Positions 22,444 to 35,745 of a stretch of 64,000 nt of DNA are shown here, in pieces (within the stretch, counting starts at the first letter, position 1; every line of letters starts with the position of its first letter). Position numbers and translations under genes: made by a program. The DNA is from Laetmonice hystrix. Its lineage: Eukaryota. The stretch covers positions 9,300,001-9,364,000 of the forward strand of contig OZ249436.1 of NCBI GenBank assembly GCA_965235115.1, read 5' to 3'. Below the pieces are notes generated by a model. That model was not told the origin of the DNA and made no database searches. It was given only the letters and a program-made list of their open reading frames with translations.

Positions 22444-24459
22444 CAGCTACTGTAATGTGTGTCTTAAATACGGTCAACGATTAGACAGAATCTCCTTTGA
22501 ATTCTGATCTAGATAGTGTACAAAGGTCAAGGGATCCACGTCAGCATTCTGTGGCCAGACGCCGAACGTGGCCCCGATCAGGGCGGGAGGGGGGGGGGTA
22601 CTGGTCAAGCAGTGGTCATCCATCAAACCAACCGTCGGCGGCTCTAAGTGTCAGTCGGTAGTGACCTCCATACGTCCGACCTTCTCACAGTGGTCAACGG
22701 GCACGATGGCAATAGAGTGGCGGATTAAAGCCTGCCACAAATAAAAGCTTGAAATAAGGACACCGGGCCTTTTTTTAAATGTCGGAGCATGTTGTTTACA
22801 TGCTAACTGACATATATCCCTTAAAGATCCCCGCAGCTGGGCCCACTAATACTTTGGTTTTCCTTCTGTATGTGCTATGTCTAAGATATGTGATAAGTAC
22901 CGTCAGTGTAACCGTGTACCGTCAGAAAATCACTGAAGCTCGTTATGGTGGGGTCTGCATCTCTCTCGCCATAACAAGTCGTGCCCACCAAAGGGAAAAT
23001 GTCTATCTTCCAAATATCTGCTTCATTGCATAAACGATGTTTTTGAACGCACTTGAATACTTCTTCACATTCATAATCTTCTTGATACTCTTCTCAGAGA
23101 AATACCAACAGTACAATTTGCTAAAGAAAGGACAAGTAAAGAAAAAAAGTTGAATCTGTCAATAATTGAACAATGAAGAATACCACAAGAGGACTGTGTG
23201 CAGGTTTTCAATTTTGCATGTTTAGTCGTGATTATGCAGCTGTCATGTGGAAACTTGTTACACCTGGGAAAAGCTAATGTCAGAGCTGCTTTGCCAGTGC
23301 TCGTGATCGAGAATATTTATGCCACAATAGCAGAAATACCAAGCTGAACCTAATATAGAATTCAGGAAGACCGCCACTCGCAATAAAGGGTAAAGAAAGC
23401 CGTGATTTCCTTCTATCCCTCAAGTACGGAGCCCGAGGTGATGCTCCCGATGCCACTGTCTGTGACCTCTCTGCACTCTCTATAGAGAGGTCGCTCTCAC
23501 ATTGTATGAAACCATATGAGAGACCTCCCGATGACCTGCAAATCCGCAGTGGTCACAGCAAGGCCGCACCTAGGGGCAGTGGCTTCCACATTCACGGGTT
23601 GAGAAACGAAGGGAAGCTGAACAACTAACGCCAAGGCAAGGAACCAGTAGCAATCAAAAGGCACGCTAAATTTGGTAGGAAATCTGGGGGCTTCTTCATG
23701 TGAACTGGACAAACCGCATCCAGCTATTGTCATCAGGCGACAGGTGCACCTCGTGCTCTCTAAGCTTTACATGACGTTCGTGTCAGGGGGGAATCCTACT
23801 ACAGGCTCTCATGTGAACTAGGTTTTCCGTTTCAATTTCCAATCAGAGTATGCCTACACAACCCATTGAGTTATAAACAACAATTTGTGAACAAGCGTTT
23901 TCCTTCCTTTCTCAATCAAAATTATACTTCATTCTTGCAGTGATGGATTTAAGACAAATGTGGATGTAATGTGGATTAATTTCTTAAATGTTTTCCCCAA
24001 CTGTTAGCATGTAGTTCATGCAGACACGTTGCTAGGGAAATGCCAGGAGTGTTGAGAAGCAGGGCCTATACCATCGCCTTCACGCTGGTACAATGGTAAG
24101 GTTAAGAAACATGTATAATGCAGAATAAGAGATCAGACCAGCTTGACTCGCTTCCATGAATAGGGCAGCATTTTGTGCCGTTTGTGTTGGCGCTGCCACA
24201 TGCACTCAGCGAGTTGTATAGGCCACCTCGGATAGATCATTGGGTTCTACAGTTCGAAGGACGGGCTCGCGCGCCTAGCAACTCAAATAAATTTACAAAG
24301 GGGAATAACGGGCACCGTCTTCTGCCGTGATTGATGATTTAATTCAAGTCCCGTGTGGGGGTTCCCTGGCCCTTTTATGTGGCTTTCTAATGCATTTCCC
24401 ATTCGAATGCCATGCATCCACGGGGACATTACAGAGCACGGTCGGAGGGGGAGTAGTGT

Positions 24460-24580
24460 GTTCAAGTGTGCCCACACCGGCTAGTTTCAAGTGTCCCCCT
24501 CAAGTGTCCCCCACGTCGGTCAGTTTCAAGTGTCCCCCACGTCGGTCAGTTTCAAGTGTCCCCCACGTCGGTCAGTTTCC
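24460..24580. repeat. 26-bp tandem repeat, ~3-4 imperfect copies
   Basis: Unit AGTTTCAAGTGTCCCCCACGTCGGTC. Confidence 0.85.
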
Positions 24581-24913
24581 AGGGACAGAGGTCAAAGGGA
24601 TGGGATGTTGCCGGATGTATTTGTCATTCTTCCTCGCACTATTACAGCGACCTTGAACGAGTGATTTCAAGGTCATCATGTGATGTATAGATTACCAACT
24701 CAAATATACATTTCGAAACGACAAGGAGAAATCTTCTGAGCTCAGGAAGTATTGCTACATCCACTGTAATTACACGTTATAGCAGTGCACTACATTATGA
24801 ACTCCATAAATCACGATGCTGCCAATAAAAATACTACGGCTGTCAAGTTTGACTTGGTTGACTGCTTGGAGTAACGATATTAAAAATATTCCTGATAACA
24901 CAACTGGTTCATA

Positions 24914-25142
24914 TGGAGCCCCGGAGGTGACATGCTGAAAATACTTAGTAATCCGTGTGCACGAATTACTAAACTAATCCACGTGGCCACGACCATGGAT
25001 TAGTAATGCGTGGCCATGGTTTAGTAATTCGTGGCCACGAATTACTAAACCGTGGACACGGATTACTAAACCGTGCGCACGGATTACTAAACCGTGCGCA
25101 CGGATTAAAAAAAAAATTCAGCATGTCACCTCCGGGGCCCCA
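24914..25142. mobile_element. TA-flanked MITE with internal ~21-bp subrepeats, 229 bp
   Basis: 26-bp TIRs TGG(A/G)GCCCCGGAGGTGACATGCTGAA (25/26), TA on both sides (24912-13, 25143-44); the interior has repeated CACGGATTACTAAACCGTG-like units. Confidence 0.8.
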
Positions 25143-25250
25143 TAGTATACACACGACGTCCTTCAGGGTTAGATTTTGTAAAAACATGTGACTGGCAGAA
25201 GTTTCCTATGCTTGTTGTCTTACCATAGGCCGGACTTACTTATATATTTG

Positions 25251-25385
25251 GAGAGAGAGATAGAGAGAGTGAGAGATAGGGAGAGATAGAGATAGCTAGA
25301 GATAGAGATAAATAGATAGAGATAGATAGATAGAGATAGATAGAGAGAGAGGGAGAGAGAGATACAGAGAGAGAGAGATAGAGCT
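25251..25385. repeat. Compound (GA)n/(GATA)n microsatellite
   Basis: Direct reading. Confidence 0.95.
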
Positions 25386-27009
25386 AAAGCTAAAGGAAAG
25401 TGCGCAGATTACCGTTATCCATAATCTACGTGAAGACTGATTGACGTTTTCCAGTTGCGACAATACATGAGGTCCGTGTTACCAACCAATGCCATTACTG
25501 GCGTTCCCAATCTCATCAAGGCCAAATCTTTCAGGTAGCTCCTCTCAAACGTCGTCAGCAAACGTTTCAGATTAAAGCTGACGATGCAACACATTCTATC
25601 GTCTAGCATGACACGGATTGTATTTACCTGAGACCAATCTTATTTAAACATGCAAACGGAATTTTTACCATACTTTATATGATGCGAATTAAATGCCATC
25701 GATTCCTGGCCAATGAAAGTTGGCAACCGATACACAGCCGATGACGGTGGCTACCATCAACGTTATAAACGTCGATTAAATGTTAATAAGATTACACTTC
25801 AAAGTCAAACACATTCTGCCTGTTCGGATTAAAAGGTGTGAGTTTTAATATTGAACAACAGACACGTTATATTGCCTATTTCAGCGGCAGGCTGACACCT
25901 AATCGACGTGCTCATGACAGATGGTGTGTCTCTGACACGGGATAGCGGCACGCTTATAAACTGCAGCGGTCAGCACAATAGCATATGGCCACGTAAGCGG
26001 AAAGACGACGTGTCAGGTTGCCTATAATCTTAGCCAATCTATGGGGCTGACAATTGAATCCCACGGCCTAACTACACAAATCGGGAGTGTCTTGTAATGA
26101 ACAGGATGATATGCTATAGCGGTACATGTAACCTAAACTTCCTGTTTCTCCATGATAGACTCAGATTTAAACATAATAGGACTGCCTTTACAAAACTTAG
26201 AGACAAGATTTGGTCTGTCAGTTAAAATGTCGGAATATTTGAATAGAACAGAATAGAAGCTTGTTGGAATGAGCACACTATGACAAGTTAGTTAGGTGGG
26301 AGTGAGTAATCTTGTTTGAGACATAAATCTTCGTTCCATTCAGATTCCGTATTTTGTGCACAGTTACATCCACCCTGATCGTCTTAGCACGTCCTAATCT
26401 GGTTACGATTCCTTAAATCCTCTAAGTCCCCGGGGACAGTCTCAAAAACATCAGAATATATCAAATATAAAGCGTACACAATGTGTACGATATCTCTGCC
26501 GACAGAATTGGTTATCATAAAACTTTTAGGGGATGCAGTTCAGAAGTCAGTGTCAGTGTCAAGGAGCTAAGGTACACCATCAACGCTAGCAGTACCTACT
26601 CCCCCAATAGAAACCTAAACTCTGATGACTCCCTGGACACTGTTACTTGAGAAGCCCTCAGCCACCCCGCAGTTCAGGAGTATGAAGATTACTAACTGCC
26701 ATAAACTGACAAGCCAGAAATCTCTTAGTCAGGTATAATTATTTCGGAGAAATTAGCAATGTAATTTCTCGGAGATATTTTCATTCAATTGTAATTCAAT
26801 CCCAATCACTTTCACTGTTCAGTTCATACACCTTTCCAGTTATGCACTCTTGATTGAGAATGTATTTCTTGATTACATCTGCGCTAACCATCGTCCCTTC
26901 TCCAAAAGATAGTGCTCGACGGTCGCGGCATCTGGCAGATTGAGAACGTATTAAAGTGACCCCCCCACCCCCTGATCAACGAACCATGACGGCACCCCCC
27001 CCCCCCCCG

Positions 27010-27137
27010 ACACGCAGGTTTCTACCGGCTACGTTGACAAATCTGCAGACTCAACACGCAGGTCTCTACCGGCTACATTGACAACAGACACGACACACCG
27101 GTTTCTACCGGCTACGTTGACAAATCGGCAGACTCAA
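27010..27137. repeat. Imperfect ~44-bp triplication
   Basis: GGTTTCTACCGGCTACGTTGACAA occurs three times. Confidence 0.85.
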
Positions 27138-30122
27138 TGCTGTACTATTTCCAGAGGTACGCTACCGTGCTGACTTTAGCTCTCGGCATGTCTCGATCTC
27201 TTAATTCCGTAGCATCAATAACCTGGGTCCCTGCACTGTGAGCCCCCAGGCGGGAGTTCCTTCACTCGTACACTGGCAGGCGCTGTACACAGATACCAAA
27301 ATGAAACAAGACCTGTTATTTTTTTCGACCGGTCTGGTGAGTCGCAAAACCTGCACTCCCGGCAGTGGTCCTCCTATATACCAGACGCCTGCCACCTTGC
27401 ACTGCGCCAGGAGGAGGAGGAGGGGGAGTAGGGGAAGGAGGAGGAGAAGGAGGAGGAGGCGGGACAGTGTACGCTTTGTGAGCCTCCTTGGACATAAGGG
27501 GCACGCCCCACCTAGCCCCGCCGGTAAGAACAGATAAGGCGCCGGCGGCCCCCTATCTTGGCGGCGCAGACACCGGCCTGTCGGCTGCTCGCAATGCATA
27601 CGTCAACTGGCGGTCTGCTCGCTGGCTTCAGTCCGGCACAGCCATGCTGCATCCGATCTGCCGGCCTGCTACCACGGGCACTGTGCCACCAATCGGACTA
27701 TAGGATGCCACACGTCGTCTGGTACTTATCTACAGAGTGACGCTGTCCTTTAAAATGTAGGTCCCTGGTCTAGTGATACTTCCGGTTACGTCATTACAGC
27801 AAGGAAAATTACCGTCCAAGAAACTCATCCACCGGTCTGTCCTGGTCCTGGGCGTGGAAATTAAAACATTTATAACATCAGTGAAGGAGTCATGCCCGTT
27901 CTTAAAGATTTCCACCCGTAATAATGAAGCATATCCCTTAAACCGAAAAGTGATAAAAGTACAGGCAAGTCAGATTTACTCTAATTATGGAAGGTTTGCC
28001 TGAAGCCACTGTTTACAAGCTGACGTTTGCTGAGATTATCAATCATCAACACGTAATAAAGGTGCTCTTTATTTTCTCTCAGTTTGTTTGCGGAATAATA
28101 TTATTTAAGTTTCTTAAACATATACATGTGTATAGATCTATAGATAATGCATGGCCTCATTACGAGGGCCAATGACAGTTAAACAATTTATTCATATATT
28201 TGAAAAACACATATTGTGTTGAAATATTATTCCAGATTCGAGGGCACTGCTTTATGTCGGAAGTGTAATTGTCATAGGACAACAAGTTACTCGAACAACC
28301 AAGCAACCTCCAATCAAATTGGAAACAGTAACTCTACCTTACTGTATTGTCATCGCCGCTTCCGTCATCAAACCAACAAAAAATGGGGCACTCCTTCAAT
28401 TATAATTCAGGGGCCATTTTACGTTTATTGGACAACTCTGCGCTGTTCAAATAGTTCGTATAGCCTACGTATGTACACAACATGGCCACGCCCCCGACCA
28501 TATTAGGACACCTGGACTTGTGGAGCTGAGCGTGTCATTTTAAAACCCGCCAATAGAATCGGCCGCGGACCGACATGACCGGAAGTGATGCGTTGGTGAT
28601 GCCTGTTTCATGTAGTTGCCTCCTACAGACAACTGTTGTGGACGCCGTGAACGGCGGGGTCGGTTTGGTGGTCAGAAGGTAGGCAAAGTCCACCGGTCCA
28701 TTGACCCGATTAATGGGTACATTTTGGACCGGCCCCGGCCTGTTTAGCGGCCGTCGGAGGTCCTAGTTTTCTGGTCCATTAAATCTATTTCGGACCGCTT
28801 TTGTCACTGCCGTTGTCCACGTAGAAATACATGAACGGTCGGTGGCACCTGCGGAAAATTCCTTCCCGAATTCTTGACCGCCTCTTTCCCGGCGTTCCCG
28901 ACGCCGCTGTTCTCAAGTTGCTTTGTTGAATACTCGTTTTCCTGGGATCATTTCCACGTCGTTTTAGTGTTGACGAATGAAGATATTGTTGTAACGTAGT
29001 ACTAAGAAGGATGTTTGTTGATAGATGACTGGGTCACTTTTCATATACTACTAACGATCTCACATGAGTTTCATGACATTGCATGACCTGACCTGGTTCT
29101 CACCACTACGGTATGAGCAGATACTACAACTGGATGGAAAACGACGCCTGGGACCAAGGCAGACACTTAATTCGTAATACGATTCGGACAACAGTCCGCT
29201 CTGTCAATGGTCATGCAGTTAGGACAGTTATTCAACTCTCTATATAACTCTATCCATGGCTTCGAAACGCAACAGTAAACTTTTAATCTTGGAGTCTAGA
29301 TATGGTGAACAAGGGATCGTATTAAAATTCAATGATGACTTTGGCGGAAGCGGGTTAGTATTCTAATTCCCCCACAACACTAATCGGTTAACCATGGCGC
29401 CATATATTTTTAAACTTTTAAGTAGGGAGAGGGGGGAGACCTTAATAATGTCATCTTTTTTGGCTTCATTCAGTTTGGAGAGACCCCTGATTAAGTACAA
29501 GAAACGTTCCCTGGCCAAACCTTTATTGATTCGTCTCAAGTCATGTTTGATGACTAGTTTTATTTCATGAAGAAATCAAGATTATTTTTTGTTCTTTTCT
29601 TTCTAAATACAAGAGTGAAGACACGTTTTTTTGGCTCTGTCAATTACGCTGGGAGACTGCGGACAATCTAAGTGAAGAAGGGGGTGTAGTGGATGTGACG
29701 CCAGGGTTAGGGGTCGATAGAGAGGTCAGAGACCCCACTGGACCGATTGGACAGTCGACAGGCGAACGGCACCACAAGGCTCCTAGAGTCGATCGCAGAG
29801 TCGATCAAGATGTCGATGCATGTTTGCGAACATCCTCTTTGCCAGGATGAAAGCATTTTCTTTACCCTCACAAAGCAAAGAGGGGAAATGGAAAGACATT
29901 ACGCTATCATGCCCTCTGTCTATGTGCAACTTTAAAAGCAAAAATATCAAAGAGGGATTCCCTTTTTACTTGAAGGTTGCATTTACTAGAATCTTTTGTA
30001 GCATATGTCGAATCACATGTGCAGTACTCGGGCCTTCATCAACTAGTGCACTGACCCATGACGAAGAACAAGCTTTTGGGAGGAGAACCTAAAAAGATCA
30101 TTTCAATTACACAGGTTCAGAA

Positions 30123-30180
30123 AATTCCGAAAGAAGCGTCAATTCCGAAAGAAGCGTCAATTCCTAAAGAAGCGTCAATT
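30123..30180. repeat. 18-bp tandem repeat, 3 copies
   Basis: Unit AATTCCGAAAGAAGCGTC. Confidence 0.92.
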
Positions 30181-31475
30181 CTTCCGTTAGATTACCCCCT
30201 TTCCGTCACTTGGTTCGTACCTACTGGAGGGTGGGGGTGTGAACACCTGAACACAGACTTGGGGTGTGGTAGTTTACCTGGTCCGCTGTGAATGCCCTAC
30301 CCCAACCCAACCCACCATATGGTGGTAGATTGGCCAGCGCGGCAGAACCCCCACCCTCCAACCCGACCAGTTCAGCGCCATGATTACTGCACCAAGAGGG
30401 GAGCCAGTTTACTTAGGAACCCTGCCCGCCAACGTCCACATGGACAAGCCATCATGCTACTACAGATTGAATTCTTTGTGCCGACTCGATTGCCTGCCTA
30501 AAAGCTTGCCAGCACCGCACGACCCATGTGGGGAGCAATCCTCTTAATAATATCAAGATCTTTAAATGAGTGACCAGTGCATTATATGCCATATGACCTG
30601 TTTAACATCAAGGCAGAGTGCTTTAAGGCTCTGCATGAGTGTTCTCTGTTTTAGTTGTGTTCAGTTGAAGCTGTTTTTTGTCAGCTATTGGAGATGTGAC
30701 GTGCTTGTGTTGTGCGTGTGCAGCACTAATGTGTTCATCTCTTTGTACGATATCAGGGCGGCATTGTGCCATGCCATGTAGCGATCATTCATTAAGGCGA
30801 GTCTTGGCGGCACAGGAAATACACCTACGGAAAACCACCAGGTGGATATCTGTAACGACGGGTCGTGCCAATATACAAACTGTTTAACGTTTCAGGAAAC
30901 GAAGGATTGACCCCCAAACAATCCTTTGTTATTACGGCAGCTCGACGGCGGTCGGGAATTGGACTTTCAACACATAACACACATTTACCGGAAGTAGCAA
31001 AAGTATAAAAAAAACCCAATCGGACTTGTATCTTTCTCTAACAATGGACCCTTTCAGATAATCACTGAGGTTCCATGGATTTGAATCTTATCCAAAATTC
31101 GAGACGTTTGAGCAAACGTTAGGGCCTGCTAAGAAACGAAGAGACATGCTACAAGCTGGCGCTAACCCACATGACAACAAGATGATTAGATGTAGTTAGC
31201 CGAGGTACCTGGAGGAAATTAGACTCTATACACTTTCCTATAGATGAGGATTTTAATCAATTGGAGGTGTTAGTTCCGTAAACTTATTGTACTAGCTTAA
31301 CGTAATCCCTTCCGCGTGTCGGTGTATCTTTGACATCTGGTATGTAGGTGCAGCGCATAGTATATCCACCTTGCAGGATACAATGTGACAAGAATAGGGG
31401 CAGGGAGGGGGTGGGGGATATTATATGTACAAGAGGGAGCAGGTGTCTTGGCAAGGATCTACAGCATCAACAAGC

Positions 31476-32729
31476 CTCTCTGTTACTCTCATGGCCGTCT
31501 CTGTTACTCTCTGACCGTCTCTGTTACTCTCATGGCCGTCTCTGTATACTCTCATGGCCGTCTCTGTTACTCTCATGGCCGTCTCTGTTACTGTCATGGC
31601 CGTCTCTGTTACTGTCATGGCCGTCTCTGTTACTCTCATGGCCGTCTCTGTTACTCTCTGACCGTCTCTGTTACTCTCATGGCCGTCTCTGTATACTCTC
31701 ATGGCCGTCTCTGTTACTCTCATGGCCGTCTCTGTATACTCTCATGGCCGTCTCTGTTACTCTCATGGCCGTCTCTGTTACTCTCTGACCGTCTCTGTTA
31801 CTCTCATGGCCGTCTCTGTATACTCTCATGGCCGTCTCTGTTACTCTCATGGCCGTCTCTGTTACTCTCATGGCCGTCTCTGTTACTGTCATGGCCGTCT
31901 CTGTTACTGTCATGGCCGTCTCTGTTACTGTCATGGCCATCTCTGTTACTCTCATGGCCGTCTCTGTTACTGTCATGGCCGTCTCTGTTACTGTCATGGC
32001 CGTCTCTGTTACTGTCATGGCCGTCTCTGTTACTGTCATGGCCGTCTCTGTTACTGTCATGGCCGCCTCTGTTACTGTCATGGCCGTCTCTGTTACTGTC
32101 ATGGCCGTCTCTGTTACTGTCATGGCCATCTCTGTATACTCTCATGGCCATCTCTGTATACTCTCATGGCCATCTCTGTATACTCTCATGGCCGTCTCTG
32201 TTACTGTCATGGCCGTCTCTGTTACTGTCATGGCCGTCTCTGTTACTCTCATGGCCGTCTCTGTATACTCTCATGGCCATCTCTGTTACTCTCATGGCCG
32301 TCTCTGTTACTCTCATGGCCATCTCTGTTACTCTCATGTCCGTCTCTGTTACTCTCATGGTCTCTGCTACTCTCATGGCCGTCTCTGTTACTCTCATGGC
32401 CGTCTCTGTTACTCTCTGTTACTGTCATGGCCGTCTCTGTTACTCTCTGGCCGTCTCTGTTACTCTCATGGCCATCCATGTTACTCTCATGGCCGTCTCT
32501 GTTACTGTCATGGCCGTCTCTGTTACTGTCATGGCCGTCTCTGTTACTGTCATGGCCATCCATGTTACTGTCATGGCCGTCTCTGTTACTGTCATGGCCG
32601 TCTCTGTTACTGTCATGGCCGTCTCTGTTACTGTCATGGCCGTCTCTGTTACTCTCATGGCCGTCTCTGTTACTCCCATGGCCGTCTCTGCTACTCTCAT
32701 GGCCATCCATGTTACTCTCATGGCCGTCT
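31476..32729. repeat. Minisatellite, ~21-bp unit, ~60 copies
   Basis: Unit CTCTGTTACT(C/G)TCATGGCCGT with length variants; source of the 100-458 aa ORFs here. Confidence 0.98.
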
Positions 32730-33056
32730 CCCTAGATAACGGACAGAATGTGTGTGATTGATATGTTTTCTTGATAACATTCGTACCGATCCGTCGGTAC
32801 ACACACACAGCGTGGAGAGCTACATGAGTCCCGACCCGTGTGGTATCTATAACAGTCAGGGTTGGTTTGATGTTAGAGGGCCAATCGATGCTGCCATGTG
32901 TGAACACGTGAATTCCATGTCGCTGGAATCTGTGAAGATCCCACAGATACAGGGCTTAGCATTATTCAATACTCATCATGAGAGTTGTCAGTAGAAATGT
33001 CTGATCGATCCCTGGGTGGTGGCGATCTGCTGCCGTCACCGACCTGTAGGAATTAC

Positions 33057-33932
33057 TACACCCTCACGACCTCTGATATACGGTTATTGGTGCACATACC
33101 CTCACGACCTCTGATATACGGTTATTGGTGCACATACCCTCACGACCTCTGATATACGGTTATTGGTGCACATACCCTCACGACCTCTGATATACGGTTA
33201 TTGGTGCACATACCCTCACGACCTCTGATATACGGTTATTGGTGCACACACCCTCACGACCTCTGATATACGGTTATTGGTGCACATACCCTCACGACCT
33301 CTGATATACGGTTATTGGTGCACATACCCTCACGACCTCTGATATACGGTTATTGGTGCACATACCATCACGACCTCTGATATACGGTTATTGGTGCACA
33401 TACCCTCACGACCTCTGATATACGGTTATTGGTGCACATACCCTCACGACCTCTGATATACGGTTATTGGTGCACATACCCTCACGACCTCTGATATACG
33501 GTTATTGGTGCACATACCCTCACGACCTCTGATATACGGTTATTGGTGCACATACCCTCACGACCTCTGATATACGGTTATTGGTGCACATACCCTCATG
33601 ACCTCTGATATACGGTATTTGGTGCACATACCCTCACGACCTCTGATATACGGTTATTGGTGCACACACCCTCACGACCTCTGATATACGGTTATTGGTG
33701 CACATACCCTCACGACCTCTGATATACGGTTATTGGTGCACATACCCTCACGACCTCTGATATACGGTTATTGGTGCACATACCCTCACGACCTCTGATG
33801 TACAGTTATTGGTGCACATACCCTCACGACCTCTGATATACGGTTATTGGTGCACATACCCTCACGACCTCTGATATACGGTTATTGGTGCACATACCCT
33901 CACGACCTCTGATATACGGATATTGGTGCACA
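33057..33932. repeat. Minisatellite, 38-bp unit, ~23 copies
   Basis: Unit CATACCCTCACGACCTCTGATATACGGTTATTGGTGCA. Confidence 0.98.
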
Positions 33933-35300
33933 TCCGAATTCGTACGCCGGAAGTGCTTATATTGGCGACCCCTCATTCTAAATGGCAGGTTGGTCTAAAT
34001 TATCCAAACTATCCACTTCTATACATGCCTAATTATATTCTAATGCATGTTTCCTACCATTTAGTTGATTCGTCATGGAATCTTTCTGTATCGAGTTAGT
34101 AATGTGATCAAGGGTATTTATTTTACACCTTAATCCAATGACATTATCCATCTTGAGCCTTGACCAAGCACTTTTTTAGGATATTTCCAGTTCGATGACA
34201 TATGAAGATCGATGGGAAGTTATCCCTCTCTGTTCTTGTCACAACTGTTTTTTCTTGCTTATAGCCACGCTTGAAACTCAAGACCCCGCCAATTACTGAT
34301 AAAAAGTCAGCCTGTCCACTTTTTCTTACTGCTTACACCGGCAGTGATCGCCAGGTTTGACGTAGATAAAACAGACGACGTTTCAGCGGATGTTCACAAT
34401 CCAGATGCCCTATTTCAGATTTCTCCAAGTACAAATGATACCGAATGTGGGTATTACTTCAGGATCGATCAGTCCGGAAAGCTGCTCGTGTGTGGTGACA
34501 ATTAAAGCAATCGTTGCCACTCCTCTACAGTCACCTCCGAGTATACGTCTTGTCAACACCGGCAAATCATTGTGTTATTCAGCGAGCGCATGCCGAGAAG
34601 ACAGCGCCGCTTCATCTTTAGACAGTCATTACTACAGCCAGGCTGGTGATGGCCGTGGCCGCCGCCGCCGCCTGCCCGGGCTGCACCGGCCGCAGCGGCA
34701 GCGCACCATCACCATCAGCACCAGTGGCGGCAGGAGAGGGAGTCGCGAGAGCAGCAGCCGGACCATCCACCCCGGACCATTCTCTGTACAAAAGGTAGCT
34801 GGCTGCCTGAAGCCAGCGGTTCTTGTACTGCAAGTGGAAGCCTATTGCGAGGGTGTCGGCCGGGCTGCCCGCTTGATGTATGTGTCAGCGTGTGCTGGGC
34901 GCGGGCACACAACGCAGGAAATTAGCGGGCGGGCGCACGCGGGCTCTGCTCGGCCTCTCCCTACAACCAACTCAGGCGCCATCCATCAACAGTCGACGCC
35001 CGTCCGCCTCCAAGTCGACCAAATTTTGCCAACCCCTTGCCGGTCGTCCCCGGCCCGCTGGCCGCCGGCGGTAACGCCATGCATACACATCATCCCGGAA
35101 TGGACACCTCTGTGAGTGGAACTGACTGAAGTGCGACCGACCCAGTAATGATAAGAGATCCACGGAACAGACAGCGCTCAGCGACAAACATGTTGTCATT
35201 CCGGTACCCTTCGCTGTCGTTAATACCGGCAACACACTCAAGATGTAAATCATTTCTCATATGGCTCCAGGAAGCAATCCTACAACAAGTCGACAGCGTC

Positions 35301-35410
35301 AGAGAGAGCGAGAGAGAGACAGACAGAGACAGAGAGAGCGAGACAGAGAGAGCGAGACAGAGAGAGCGAGACAGAGAGAGACAGATAGAGAGGGAGAGAC
35401 AGAGAGGGAC

Positions 35411-35449
<39 letters not shown>
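35301..35449. repeat. Compound (GA)n/(GACA) microsatellite
   Basis: Direct reading. Confidence 0.95.
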
Positions 35450-35452
<3 letters not shown>

Positions 35453-35745
35453 CGTATACTGGTTATTTCCTAAGCCCTTTCCCCTACTACATGTTTATGA
35501 TTCTATGCGGCTTGATCTCCGAGACTAGAATAAATACGTTGTCCCTTCTTGTATTGGAGGATACAGGAGATGCACTGTGCTGCAGGGGTTTCTATCATCT
35601 TCACATTGCACGTATCTCATTCCTATCTGAAACAGATCCGAGATAAATGAACCCATCCTGAATCACTTTCAGCAACGGCCGATATAGGTCAACTAATTCT
35701 AAAGGGTAGGTCTGTTTCCATGTTTACATGTTTCCCACTCCTAAC

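Noticed and set aside
23121-23150. Strong minus-strand acceptor (ttttttttctttacttgtcctttctttag)
   Set aside because: No good donor before stops and no TARP-like peptide in any frame.
31348-32907. Cluster of long ORFs (up to 458 aa)
   Set aside because: Pure translation of the 21-bp minisatellite in multiple frames on both strands; no splice signals or domains.
33057-33932. CRISPR-like appearance of 30-40-bp repeats (also 40582-41236, 9754-10241)
   Set aside because: Units are head-to-tail with no unique spacers, there are no cas genes, and the context is a spliced eukaryotic gene.
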